This document shows, one piece after another, positions 55,490 through 64,000 of a DNA stretch of 64,000 nt. This DNA is from Spirochaetaceae bacterium (GTDB lineage Bacteria; Spirochaetota; Spirochaetia; WRBN01). Numbering within the stretch: the stretch's first letter is position 1; each line of letters opens with the position of its first letter. The DNA is taken from the NCBI GenBank assembly GCA_009784515.1, contig WRBN01000001.1, positions 628 through 64,627 on the forward strand, written 5' to 3'. Position numbers and translations under genes: made by a program. Under the pieces are notes generated by a model that made no database searches, was not told the origin of the DNA, and was given only the letters and a program-made list of their open reading frames with translations.

Positions 55490-57400
55490 ATGGCTTATGT
55501 AAAACAGATATTTGACAAAAACTTTTTAGAGTACGCAAGTTACGTTATTAAAGATAGAGCAATCCCCGATATAGAAGACGGCCTTAAACCGGTGCAACGC
55601 CGTATTTTATACACCCTTTACCGCATGGACGACGGCACCATGCACAAGGTGGCGGCGGCGGTGGGGCAAACCATGTTTTTGCACCCGCACGGCGATGCCA
55701 GTATTAATGAAGCCCTAGTAAATTTAGCTAATAAAGATATTTTCATGCAAAAGCAGGGCAACTTTGGGAACATTGCCACCGGCGACCCGGCGGCGGCAGC
55801 GCGTTACATTGAGTGCGCCTTGTTACCCTTTGCTAAAAATTTGTTCTTTAAGGACGAAATTACCGAGTTTGTGCCCAGTTACGATGGCAAAATGAAAGAG
55901 CCGGTAACGCTGCCGGTAAAAATTCCGCTGGTATTAATGATTGGCGCAGAGGGTATTGCCGTAGGCATGAGCACCAAAATTTTGCCCCATAACTTTATTG
56001 AGGTGCTTAAAGCGGTGCGCTGTGCCTTAAAAGGTGAAGAGTTTACCCTTTACCCCGATTTTCCGCTGGGCGGACTGGTCGACCCAGCGGGCTATAACGA
56101 TGGGCTGGGCAAGGTGATTGTGCGGGCCAAGCTGGATTTAAGTGATAATAAACGCATTGTAATCCGCGAGCTGCCCTTTGGCGTTACCGTAGAGACAATG
56201 ATTAAAAGCATTGAAGAGGCCGCTAAAAAGAACAAAATTAAAATAGCCGGCATTGGCGACTTTACCGCCGAAAATGTCGAAATTGCCATCGATTTACCGC
56301 GCGGCGTTTATGCCGCCGATGTGGAAGAGGCCCTGTACGCCTTTACTCACTGCGAGGTAAGTATAAGTGTAAATTGTTTAGTAATTAAAGATAGAAAGCC
56401 CGAAGTGATTCCGGTAAGTAACATTATTCATTACCACGCCGAAAGGCTGGTAAGCCTGTTAAAGCTGGAGCTGGAGCTGGAGAAAAGCGAACTGCTGGCT
56501 AAAGTACGTAACCGTACGCTGGACCGCATTTTTATAGAAGAGCGCATTTATAAACAGATAGAGGAACAGAAAAGCGCTGCCGCCATCGAAAAGGCGATAG
56601 TAGCCGGCTTTGAGCCTTATGTGGGCAAAGAGTTTGAGGGCGAACTTAGCAAAGAAGATATTGACAGGCTTTTGCAAATTCCTATCCGCCGGATTAGTTT
56701 ATTTGATATTGAAAAAAACCGTAAAGAACTCACCGCTATGTTAAAGCGAGTGAAAGAGATAGACAAGCTGTTAGCTAACCTCACCGCTTATGCGAGTGAT
56801 TACTTAACTAACCTGATTGAAGAACATAAAGAAAGTTTCCCGCGCCGTGCCGGCATAGCCAGTTTTAAAAAGGTTGATGTGCGTGAGGCTGCCCAACGCA
56901 ATTTAAAGCTGCGTTTTGATAAAGAAAGCGGTTACTTAGGTTACAATGTGAGCGGCGGCGAACTGATTGCGGAGGTATCCAGCTACGACCGTGTGCTCGT
57001 TATGCGTGCCGATACCAGTTACCAAGTACTTGAGGTGCCGGAAAAAAGTTTTGTGGGGAAAGACCCTATTACCATCACTTTAGCCGACAAAGAAGAATTA
57101 GAAAAAACCATTTATAACATTGTTTATAAAAATGATGAAACCGGCTTCCCCTACATAAAACGTTTTAAAATAACGACTTACTTAACCGGCAAAATTTATA
57201 CGCATATCTTGCCGGAAGGTTGCAGCCTGCTGGCCTTTGGCAAAGGCAACGATTTAGTCATTATCCCGCAATTTGCCCAAAAACAACTCCTCAAAGAAGA
57301 AAAGTACGCCGTAAAAGATTATTTGGTTAAAGGCGTAACGGCCGGCGGAGTAAGGCTTAAGGCGAAAGAGGCGGTGGGCGCTAAATTTATTAATGGATAA
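55490..57400 (+). CDS. parC: DNA topoisomerase IV subunit A (short spirochaete-type ParC)
   Basis: GyrA/ParC N-terminus DGLKPVQRRILY, HPHGD, AAARYIE (catalytic Tyr). 636 aa. Confidence 0.8.
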   Translation: MAYVKQIFDKNFLEYASYVIKDRAIPDIEDGLKPVQRRILYTLYRMDDGTMHKVAAAVGQTMFLHPHGDASINEALVNLANKDIFMQKQGNFGNIATGDPAAAARYIECALLPFAKNLFFKDEITEFVPSYDGKMKEPVTLPVKIPLVLMIGAEGIAVGMSTKILPHNFIEVLKAVRCALKGEEFTLYPDFPLGGLVDPAGYNDGLGKVIVRAKLDLSDNKRIVIRELPFGVTVETMIKSIEEAAKKNKIKIAGIGDFTAENVEIAIDLPRGVYAADVEEALYAFTHCEVSISVNCLVIKDRKPEVIPVSNIIHYHAERLVSLLKLELELEKSELLAKVRNRTLDRIFIEERIYKQIEEQKSAAAIEKAIVAGFEPYVGKEFEGELSKEDIDRLLQIPIRRISLFDIEKNRKELTAMLKRVKEIDKLLANLTAYASDYLTNLIEEHKESFPRRAGIASFKKVDVREAAQRNLKLRFDKESGYLGYNVSGGELIAEVSSYDRVLVMRADTSYQVLEVPEKSFVGKDPITITLADKEELEKTIYNIVYKNDETGFPYIKRFKITTYLTGKIYTHILPEGCSLLAFGKGNDLVIIPQFAQKQLLKEEKYAVKDYLVKGVTAGGVRLKAKEAVGAKFING

Positions 57401-57418
57401 AATAAAAATATCATTAAC

Positions 57419-57440
57419 TGGCGCTAAGCGCCAATTTAAT
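57419..57440 (+). terminator. Short hairpin after parC
   Basis: TGGCGC-TAA-GCGCCA followed by ATTTAATT. Confidence 0.4.
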
Positions 57441-57465
57441 TAAAAAAATGTCTCACCTCTAATTT

Positions 57466-57885
57466 TTATTCCTTAATTTTTGCCTTCCTAAAAGTTATAT
57501 ATTTATTAAAGGTAAACTGCCCGGCGACTACCGCACCCATCGTTAAAAACTGCACTGCGTTGGTGTTAAAACTTAGCAAGGTAACAAAAATAAACAGGGA
57601 TAAAGCCCTTATCCCTATCCCCGCCCACGAGGTAAGGTAGTAACTTAAAGCCCGCAGGCCAAGCCTATTGGTAGCCTTAAAGTTAATAAAGGCATTTAAA
57701 ATAAAGTTACTGATAAAACCCAAATGAGCCGCTATAATTTGGGCAATTTGCATATTTATATTTAAAATGTTGTATAAAATAACAAAACCGGCATAATCTA
57801 TAATAAGGCCGCTTATACCAATCATAATATATAAAATTAATGAGCGGTATCTTTGGTATAATAAATTATTTTTAATATTTATCAT
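57466..57885 (-). CDS. GtrA-family membrane protein
   Basis: Four TM segments; C-terminal FTFNKYITFR GtrA signature. Confidence 0.75.
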   Translation of the reverse strand: MINIKNNLLYQRYRSLILYIMIGISGLIIDYAGFVILYNILNINMQIAQIIAAHLGFISNFILNAFINFKATNRLGLRALSYYLTSWAGIGIRALSLFIFVTLLSFNTNAVQFLTMGAVVAGQFTFNKYITFRKAKIKE

Positions 57886-57945
57886 AATAATGCCAAATAA
57901 AACAATTTGGTAAAACTCAATATTTACAACTGAATAATCATATTA

Positions 57946-58605
57946 TTAATTTAAGTTAATAATATAACCAATACGTAAATTAATAAATTCGCCAATAAAA
58001 CGCTCGATAGAGAATATTCCTTCTACTCCTTCTACTTCGATGAAGGCATCACCTGTAGTTGCTAAACCAATACGGTTACGCAGGCCAACTATAAGAGTAC
58101 CGGAACCCACAGACGACACCACGCCAAACTCTACTACGCCTGCAATGTCTATGAAGTTTTGCGTGGTGTCTTCGGCACGTAAAATACTTACGCCGACATT
58201 GGGACCAAAGCTAATATAAAAACTAGATGGTAAAGTGAAAAAAGCCAGTAAATCTATACCTATGCTGGTAATATTAAATTGATAATCCAATTCTCGTTCC
58301 CAGCTGCCGCCATTTACTCTAAAACGATTATTCGTTACATATACAGAGTAAAATTGGTTAAAAGTGAGGCCTGTTTGCACAGCAAAAAAATGATTAAAAT
58401 ACATATTTAAAAAAAGTTCACCACCGGCAGAAAAGCCCACATCTTCGCGCTCAAAATCAATATCTCCGAAGTAGCTATGAAAGCTTCCTTCCGTTAAATG
58501 CACACTTGTACCGGCGCCGCCTAATTTAACGCCAATACTAATTTGCTCAGCATAAATATTTGTGCCTAACAAAACAATCATCATTAATAAAGCTGCTTTT
58601 TTCAT
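57946..58605 (-). CDS. Putative small outer-membrane beta-barrel protein
   Basis: Signal peptide; alternating hydrophobic pattern. Consensus promoter plus AAAGGAG SD. Confidence 0.55.
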   Translation of the reverse strand: MKKAALLMMIVLLGTNIYAEQISIGVKLGGAGTSVHLTEGSFHSYFGDIDFEREDVGFSAGGELFLNMYFNHFFAVQTGLTFNQFYSVYVTNNRFRVNGGSWERELDYQFNITSIGIDLLAFFTLPSSFYISFGPNVGVSILRAEDTTQNFIDIAGVVEFGVVSSVGSGTLIVGLRNRIGLATTGDAFIEVEGVEGIFSIERFIGEFINLRIGYIINLN

Positions 58606-58637
58606 AGTGTTTACTCCTTTAAAAAGAATAGTGTTCT

Positions 58638-58666
58638 ATTATAAAACGACTAAGCCAATTTGTCAA
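58638..58666 (-). promoter_or_regulatory. Consensus sigma70 promoter TTGACA-17-TATAAT for OMP gene 57946..58605
   Basis: Direct reading of the minus strand. Confidence 0.55.
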
Positions 58667-58714
58667 CCCTTTTATTTGTATTATAACACTATCAATTATG
58701 CAACTATAAGCTGT

Positions 58715-59956
58715 TTATCCTCTTCTTAACGCTTCTAATGGCTTTAACCTGCTTGCCTCACGCGCAGCCAAATAAGCTGCCAGCAAACAATTACTTAAAG
58801 CTATGCTAATAATAATAATTACATCGCCGGCCATTATTTGCGTAGGTATACCGTTAAGGTAAAAACCATCGCCGCTTAGCAAAGCTACCCCAGTACGGCC
58901 GGCCATAAAGAGCAGCCGGTTTATCACCGTTTCGATAAGGTGTAAAATAAAATTTACATTATAACTAACCAAAAGGCCGGCTATAAGGCCAAAAATTACC
59001 GCCACTAAACCAATAAATAATCCTTGCAGAATAAAAATGGTTTTAATTTGATGAGCATTAAGCCCAAGAGCACGCAAGATGGCAATTTGCTCGGCCTTTT
59101 CCTCTATTTCACGCCGCCGTAACTGAAAGATGTTAACGGCCACCACTACAAAAATTAAACTTAACAATAAAAACATTACATTTTTTTCCAGCCGCAAGGC
59201 AGCAAAAAAGGCTCGGTTGTATTCACGCCAACTTTCGGCCTCATAACCCTGCGCAATAAGGCTGGCCACTAAAGGCCTGTCACGGTAGGGATTTATTATT
59301 TTTAAGCGGTAATAAATTTCGTTAACGGCTATAAAGTTAGCCAAACCTTCTTCTAGGCTGATAAAAGCCAACGTACTGTCGTAGGCAAAAAAATTACTCT
59401 GAAAGATACCTACTACCGTAAGCGGCTGCTCGTGGGCTGTAAGACTGCCGGCAGGGAGTGTTAATAAATAAACATCATCGTTAAGGCCAACCCCTAAACT
59501 AAAGGCCAGTTCGCTGCCTAAAAGGATAGTCCCCTCTTGCGTGGGGAAGTAACCTGCTGTTATATTTAACCTGTTAAAAAATTCGGTATCATCAAAAATT
59601 TCTTGACTATTAGCTTTAACACTCACAATTTGATGGTCGTTAAAGCTCGACCTGATAAGGGTTTGCAGCTCGGCTTCCGCCACCACCGAACGTACGGCCG
59701 GTAGAGCCCTAAGCTCGTTAAGCTGCTCATTACTCAAAAAACCCCTACTACGTATCACAATGTGCGAGCTGCCAATCTCCAGCATGGCGCTAATAAAACC
59801 TTGCTGAAGGCCGTTCATCACCGCTAAAGTGGCGATGAGGCTCATAATACCGATGGCCATACCGATAATAGCCAAACAGCTGCCGGCTTTATCTTTTTGT
59901 TTGTATTTAGGCTTAAAATACCGCAGGGCGATAAATAAGAGCGGCTTATTCAACAA
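58715..59956 (-). CDS. LolC/E-type (FtsX/MacB-like) ABC transporter permease
   Basis: N-terminal TM, periplasmic MacB-like domain and C-terminal FtsX 3-TM domain. Confidence 0.8.
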   Translation of the reverse strand: MLNKPLLFIALRYFKPKYKQKDKAGSCLAIIGMAIGIMSLIATLAVMNGLQQGFISAMLEIGSSHIVIRSRGFLSNEQLNELRALPAVRSVVAEAELQTLIRSSFNDHQIVSVKANSQEIFDDTEFFNRLNITAGYFPTQEGTILLGSELAFSLGVGLNDDVYLLTLPAGSLTAHEQPLTVVGIFQSNFFAYDSTLAFISLEEGLANFIAVNEIYYRLKIINPYRDRPLVASLIAQGYEAESWREYNRAFFAALRLEKNVMFLLLSLIFVVVAVNIFQLRRREIEEKAEQIAILRALGLNAHQIKTIFILQGLFIGLVAVIFGLIAGLLVSYNVNFILHLIETVINRLLFMAGRTGVALLSGDGFYLNGIPTQIMAGDVIIIISIALSNCLLAAYLAAREASRLKPLEALRRG

Positions 59957-60740
59957 TTAATTCCTCACTTATTAAAATATCATCAACATAAAACACTCGT
60001 AACACCGCTCGGCCATCAATGTAAAATAATTCGCTGCGGGTATTACCGGCAAAGCTGATGAGCTGCCTAAGTTCGTTATCAAGGTAAAAACGGCGCTCCA
60101 CAATCATATCGTCTTGCCATAAATTATGAAACAGCCTATTTTGGCCGTCTGCCTCTATTTCTTCTATAATTAATTGTTCTAAATCGTTATAACTAAAATT
60201 ACGTCTTTCGGTTACTTCACCGTCAAGGCTCATTATTTCACTAATAACTAAATTACCGTTAAAAATTTGCTCGCGGCTGTGCTGGCCGGCAAAATAAGAA
60301 ACAAGGCCGATAAGCTGCCTTTCGGCATTATAACGATAGTTTTGCCGCACCATAAGCCGGCCGTTCTCGTAAAAATTATCTGCCACTAATAAGCCGCTAT
60401 TTAAGATTAACCGGCTAAAATTATCTTGACTGCTTGTTAAAATTTCATTATTCCCATACATTATTACCGCAGACGAGATACTTTGCCAAAGAGCGCCGTT
60501 ATGGCGGTAATTAAAACGTGCGCTGCTAAGTTGCCCATCTTGGTAGCTATCTTGCTGCATTAACTGCCCGGCTTCATTAAAAGTATTAGTGATACGCAGC
60601 CACAACCGGCCATCGCGGTAAATTTCTTCGCTTACCCGTTGTAAGCTACCATTATAAACGTTTACTTGCCGCGTTTGCGCCGCTAGAACGAGAGGAAATA
60701 CTCCTATAAAAAATAATAAAGATACGGTTTTAAATAGCAT
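59946..60740 (-). CDS. Secreted protein with MORN/YwqK-like repeats
   Basis: Signal peptide; repeated Y.(D/N)G.L...F.Y motifs. Overlaps the lolC/E-like start by 11 nt. Confidence 0.5.
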   Translation of the reverse strand: MLFKTVSLLFFIGVFPLVLAAQTRQVNVYNGSLQRVSEEIYRDGRLWLRITNTFNEAGQLMQQDSYQDGQLSSARFNYRHNGALWQSISSAVIMYGNNEILTSSQDNFSRLILNSGLLVADNFYENGRLMVRQNYRYNAERQLIGLVSYFAGQHSREQIFNGNLVISEIMSLDGEVTERRNFSYNDLEQLIIEEIEADGQNRLFHNLWQDDMIVERRFYLDNELRQLISFAGNTRSELFYIDGRAVLRVFYVDDILISEELIVE

Positions 60741-60803
60741 TATTCAAGAATGGATTGCCACGCCGCCTAAAGCCGGCCGGCAATGACAAAGAATAACTCC
60801 TTT

Positions 60804-60827
60804 CTTTAATTTTCACCTTTCAATTTT
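60804..60827. repeat. Solo copy of the repeat family (CTTTAATTTTCACCTTTCAATTTT)
   Basis: 23/24 identical to 54771..54794. The extended copy 60797..60836 resembles the cassette flank 40181..40222. Confidence 0.7.
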
Positions 60828-60830
60828 CAA

Positions 60831-61679
60831 CTATTCTAATAAGTTACTTAAAAAAACTTCTTTATTAAAAGGGGTAATATCGGTTATTTTTTCGCCGCTG
60901 GTTACAAAATAAACCGGTAAAGCCAGCTCTTTACCAATAGCCACCAAGTTACCGCCTTTAGCGCTGCTATCGTACTTAGTTAAAATGATACCCGATAGCT
61001 GTAAAGCCTCGTTAAATATTTCGGCCTGCCTTAAGGCATTTTGGCCGGTGGTGCTATCTATCACCAATATTTTTTTGTAATTTTCCGGCTTAATACGGCC
61101 GGTGATAATTTTATCAATCTTTTTAAGTTCGTTAACGAGCTCGGCTTTATTATGCATACGGCCGGCAGTATCGGCCAAAATAAGCTCATCTTTACGGGCA
61201 AGAGCGCTGCTAATGGCATCGTAAATAACGGCGCCGGGGTCGCCGCCGCTTTCGCTTTTAACCACTTTAAAGCCTTGCCGCTCGCCGTGCAAAGCCAGCT
61301 GCTGGCTGGCCGCCGCCCTAAAAGTATCGCCTGCCGCCGCCGTTAGGCCGCCGGCTAATTTGTTATCGATAAAATATCTAGCCAGTTTAGCAATGGTGCT
61401 GGTTTTGCCCACGCCATTTACCCCAAGCAATAAAAAGAGGTTAAGCTGCCCTTTTTCTAGCGTTAGCTGGCCTGCCGTTAAGTAGCCACCTAAAGCAGTC
61501 TTAATTAAAGTAACGGCTTCATCGCTGGTTTTGGGGCGTTTTTTTTCTAGTTCTTCGCTTAAAGTATAAGCCAGCACGGGGCCTAAATCGGCCTCGATAA
61601 GGGTGTCTTCAAGGTTATCGTAAAAGCTATCATCTATGCCTTTGCTAAATAATTGTTTTAATTTGCTGCCTAAGCTCAT
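60831..61679 (-). CDS. ftsY: Signal recognition particle receptor FtsY (NG domain only)
   Basis: GVNGVGKTSTIAKLA, DTAGR, TKYDSSAKGG. Confidence 0.9.
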   Translation of the reverse strand: MSLGSKLKQLFSKGIDDSFYDNLEDTLIEADLGPVLAYTLSEELEKKRPKTSDEAVTLIKTALGGYLTAGQLTLEKGQLNLFLLLGVNGVGKTSTIAKLARYFIDNKLAGGLTAAAGDTFRAAASQQLALHGERQGFKVVKSESGGDPGAVIYDAISSALARKDELILADTAGRMHNKAELVNELKKIDKIITGRIKPENYKKILVIDSTTGQNALRQAEIFNEALQLSGIILTKYDSSAKGGNLVAIGKELALPVYFVTSGEKITDITPFNKEVFLSNLLE

Positions 61680-61730
61680 GAGTTAAGTGTATACTAAAAA
61701 GAGGGTAAAGTAAAGGGAGCGATATAAACA

Positions 61731-62285
61731 TTAAAAGAGATAGGTAATTCTTAGAGCCATTAAAAAAACACCTCTCGATTTATAGTCAGAAATTTCATAT
61801 TGCAGAGGAGAATTCAACCTTGAATAAAATAACCTAATACCCCCAAATTCTAGACCAATAGAGACGTTATTGACAGGATGCACATATTTAAAACCTACTC
61901 GCCAATTACCATAAATTATAGGCAAAGTGTGCAGATTAATTTTGTCAGAGATATTGCTCCCAATACCTAAGCTATAAGTAGTGTAAAGTGCAAAATAGGT
62001 GGCTTTAATATGAAATGGTAAGCTCACCCCTCCGCCAAGTTCTATTCCTGCTAGGTCTGTAAAGTATTCTAAATTTTCATTGTTATACTGAAATGTTTCT
62101 ATTAAATGCGCGTAGTTAAAACCTATTAATGCATAGATAAATCTATTCCCTAGCGAAAAGCTGCCATTAACATTGAACGATCTTTTATTAAAAGTTATAC
62201 CGGGCGCAATCGATATGTTTTTATTAAAATTTAAATGAACAACTCCTACAGGCTCAATGGGATGGGCAGACCTAAATAAAAGCAT
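61731..62285 (-). CDS. Beta-barrel-like module without a signal peptide; probably the C-terminal part of the upstream ORF
   Basis: Alternating pattern and C-terminal ...ITYLF. The frame opens only 8 codons upstream of its ATG and overlaps ORF 62246..62791 by 40 nt. Confidence 0.5.
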   Translation of the reverse strand: MLLFRSAHPIEPVGVVHLNFNKNISIAPGITFNKRSFNVNGSFSLGNRFIYALIGFNYAHLIETFQYNNENLEYFTDLAGIELGGGVSLPFHIKATYFALYTTYSLGIGSNISDKINLHTLPIIYGNWRVGFKYVHPVNNVSIGLEFGGIRLFYSRLNSPLQYEISDYKSRGVFLMALRITYLF

Positions 62286-62791
62286 TTTATGAACGAGTTT
62301 TTTACAAAATTATCTATTTGCTTAATAATTGCCGGAGTATTTATTGTTGCGGTAGTGATAAAAAGAAATTCTGAGCCCATTTGCTGTAAGGTGTTCATAT
62401 CAAAAACATGTACACTTAAAAATGAATACCCAGTATCTAAAGTTATTAAAGTTCCTCTTATTATCCATTCAGCATTATAAACATTTCCAATGTTTATGGT
62501 TTTTTCCATACTTGCCCAAATATTACCGTCATTCTGAGCAATGTACTCTTCTATAGTTTCTTGAAGTACGGTTCTATCTACAGGAATAAATTCATTGCTG
62601 TTAGCTAAACCACCATAAAATAAAGAAGTAAGTATTTCGGCATGTTCTGAATTACCTGAGGAAAATGGGACAACTAAAACTACAGGAACCCTTCTTTGCT
62701 TAGCCGTTAAATCTGCTGACTGGCTATTCTGGCGGGCAAAAAGCTCATGGCAAACAAATAAGATTAATACACATAATAATGCTTTTATCAT
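62246..62791 (-). CDS. Secreted LpoB/CsgG-N/TolB-N-like small periplasmic-domain protein
   Basis: Signal peptide; V.V.PF....S...A..LT.L........F..VDR..L...IEE pattern. Paralogue of 62947..63417. Confidence 0.5.
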   Translation of the reverse strand: MIKALLCVLILFVCHELFARQNSQSADLTAKQRRVPVVLVVPFSSGNSEHAEILTSLFYGGLANSNEFIPVDRTVLQETIEEYIAQNDGNIWASMEKTINIGNVYNAEWIIRGTLITLDTGYSFLSVHVFDMNTLQQMGSEFLFITTATINTPAIIKQIDNFVKNSFIKCFYLGLPIPLSL

Positions 62792-62799
62792 ATCATTAA

Positions 62800-62946
62800 C
62801 TATTGCTCCTGCCGGTCTTTTGAGTTATTTTTTTGCAATTTGCGAATTATTAATGGGCTAATAGTACTAATAACAACTGCCGATAAAACTCCGACAATTA
62901 ATTGTAAAGTATATTCCCTAACCCATTCAATAAACCCTGCAACTCT
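62800..62946 (-). other. Stop-free 48-codon tail in frame behind the TGA of ORF 62947..63417; encodes a TM helix and has no canonical start codon
   Basis: Translation checked codon by codon: RVAGFIEWVREYTLQLIVGVLSAVVISTISPLIIRKLQKNNSKDRQEQ, then TAG. Confidence 0.4.
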
Positions 62947-63417
62947 TCAGCGCGGGCGGGGTTGACTATATATATCCACTACTATCTGCCTTACTAAGCC
63001 ATCTAATTGGTTAATAGTTTGCTGGCTTTCAATAACTTCTATAGCTATATCTCTTGCGGCTATAATTTGTTGTGTAATAGCCTGCGTTATAGTTATGGTT
63101 AAAAGGATATTATCCCCAAACCGTCGCAACTCTCCTCGCACTATCCACTCAACTTGTAATTGTCTAGCCCAATCAAAAGTCTGTTCTTCAATAGCTCTGC
63201 TTATAGCATTACGATCTAGCACAGTAAAGGCACTGCTATTATGCATACGCGTAAAAAATAAAGCCATCAAAGTTTCAGCCTCCACAGGGCTAATACCAGA
63301 AATAACATTAAATGGGGTTACGGCAATTACGGGGCGTTGTAATTGCTGCGCAAAAACAACCCCACAATTTAAAGACAAAAATACTAATAGCACAAACATA
63401 AACAATAATTTTTTCAT
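62947..63417 (-). CDS. Secreted LpoB/CsgG-N/TolB-N-like small periplasmic-domain protein
   Basis: Signal peptide; IAVTPFNVISGISPVEAETLMALFFTRMHNSSAFTVLDRNAISRAIEEQ pattern. Confidence 0.5.
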   Translation of the reverse strand: MKKLLFMFVLLVFLSLNCGVVFAQQLQRPVIAVTPFNVISGISPVEAETLMALFFTRMHNSSAFTVLDRNAISRAIEEQTFDWARQLQVEWIVRGELRRFGDNILLTITITQAITQQIIAARDIAIEVIESQQTINQLDGLVRQIVVDIYSQPRPR

Positions 63418-63636
63418 ACCTACCCATTTCCATCAATGTCAACACTTATACTTATTAGGTATAACATATAAAATTCATTCAGTAAAGGTATTTCATACTT
63501 AAAAAATCATAAAACACCTTATAATGCTTAAAGCACTTATTAGGATTTATAAGTCTACAGATAGATAAGTTTTATATCATTGTGGATGGTAGCTGAGTAG
63601 CTTAATCAAATGTTTATTAAAAAAACCTACTAATAG

Positions 63637-64000
63637 CTACCTAGCAGGAATATCACCAAAATCGGGGTAATCCCACCAACTACTAAAGGTGTTTCTTATA
63701 GTTGTTCTATTGGTTAAGCCTTGTATATTTTGCACCGGTAAAGAGTTGCCGCCTATATATAAATTTGCCAGCTGCGTAAGCGTACTTATATTTAGGCTGG
63801 TTAAGGGATTATTGGCTACATTAAGGCCGGTTAAATTAACATTGTTACTTACATCAAAGGTAGTTATTTGGTTATCGGCTATATTAAGGCTGGTTAAGCC
63901 GGTAAGGTTCGTTATGTTAAGAGCAGTTAATTGGTTGCTACCGGCGCTAACTATGGTTAAAGCGGTGTTGCTGGTTATATTAAGGCTCGTTAGTTGGTTA
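63637..64000 (-). CDS. Leucine-rich-repeat protein, C-terminal part (5' end outside window; not on the ORF track)
   Basis: Manual translation: ...NQLTSLNITSNTALTIVSAGSNQLTALNITNLTGLTSLNIADNQITTFDVSNNVNLTGLNVANNPLTSLNISTLTQLANLYIGGNSLPVQNIQGLTNRTTIRNTFSSWWDYPDFGDIPAR, then TAG at 63637-63639. Confidence 0.7.
   Translation of the reverse strand, partial: NQLTSLNITSNTALTIVSAGSNQLTALNITNLTGLTSLNIADNQITTFDVSNNVNLTGLNVANNPLTSLNISTLTQLANLYIGGNSLPVQNIQGLTNRTTIRNTFSSWWDYPDFGDIPAR

Overview
This looks like a chromosomal segment from a spirochaete-like bacterium. The evidence is a FlaB-type flagellin, a roughly 900-aa long-form GreA, a short ParC and cheR/cheB. I support about 75 protein-coding genes and recognised no rRNA, tRNA or CRISPR array. 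Core genes include parB, cheR-cheB, dnaJ, tatD, coaD, mltG, greA, ispE, pepF, rmuC, tsf-rpsB, deoC, a FemAB-like gene, hcp, flaB, parC, lolC/E-like and ftsY. There is also an 8-kb same-strand cluster, gdh - DASS permease - korAB - sucCD, that fits glutamate-to-succinate catabolism. Several visibly A+T-richer accessory islets interrupt this backbone. (1) A Doc/antitoxin pair. (2) A Dam-type restriction-modification cassette with an intact first methyltransferase, while the nuclease candidate and second methyltransferase are broken at homopolymer tracts. (3) A HigBA islet with gene remnants. (4) An IVS-type four-helix-bundle gene bracketed by perfect 15-bp inverted repeats inside the glutamate cluster, with related solo or empty repeat copies elsewhere. 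(5) Two adjacent LpoB-like lipoprotein paralogues whose periplasmic domain is separated from a membrane-anchoring module by a recoding-like break: an in-frame TGA in one and an A_AAA_AAC -1 frameshift site in the other. In non-coding DNA, many near-consensus sigma70 promoters are visible. At least ten of them place the -10 box only 5-8 nt from a start codon with no Shine-Dalgarno, which is leaderless geometry. There is also a candidate ~100-nt sRNA, a structured rpsB leader, a sigma28-like flaB promoter and a REP-like GC hairpin element. All functional calls come from motif recognition by eye. No database search was run.
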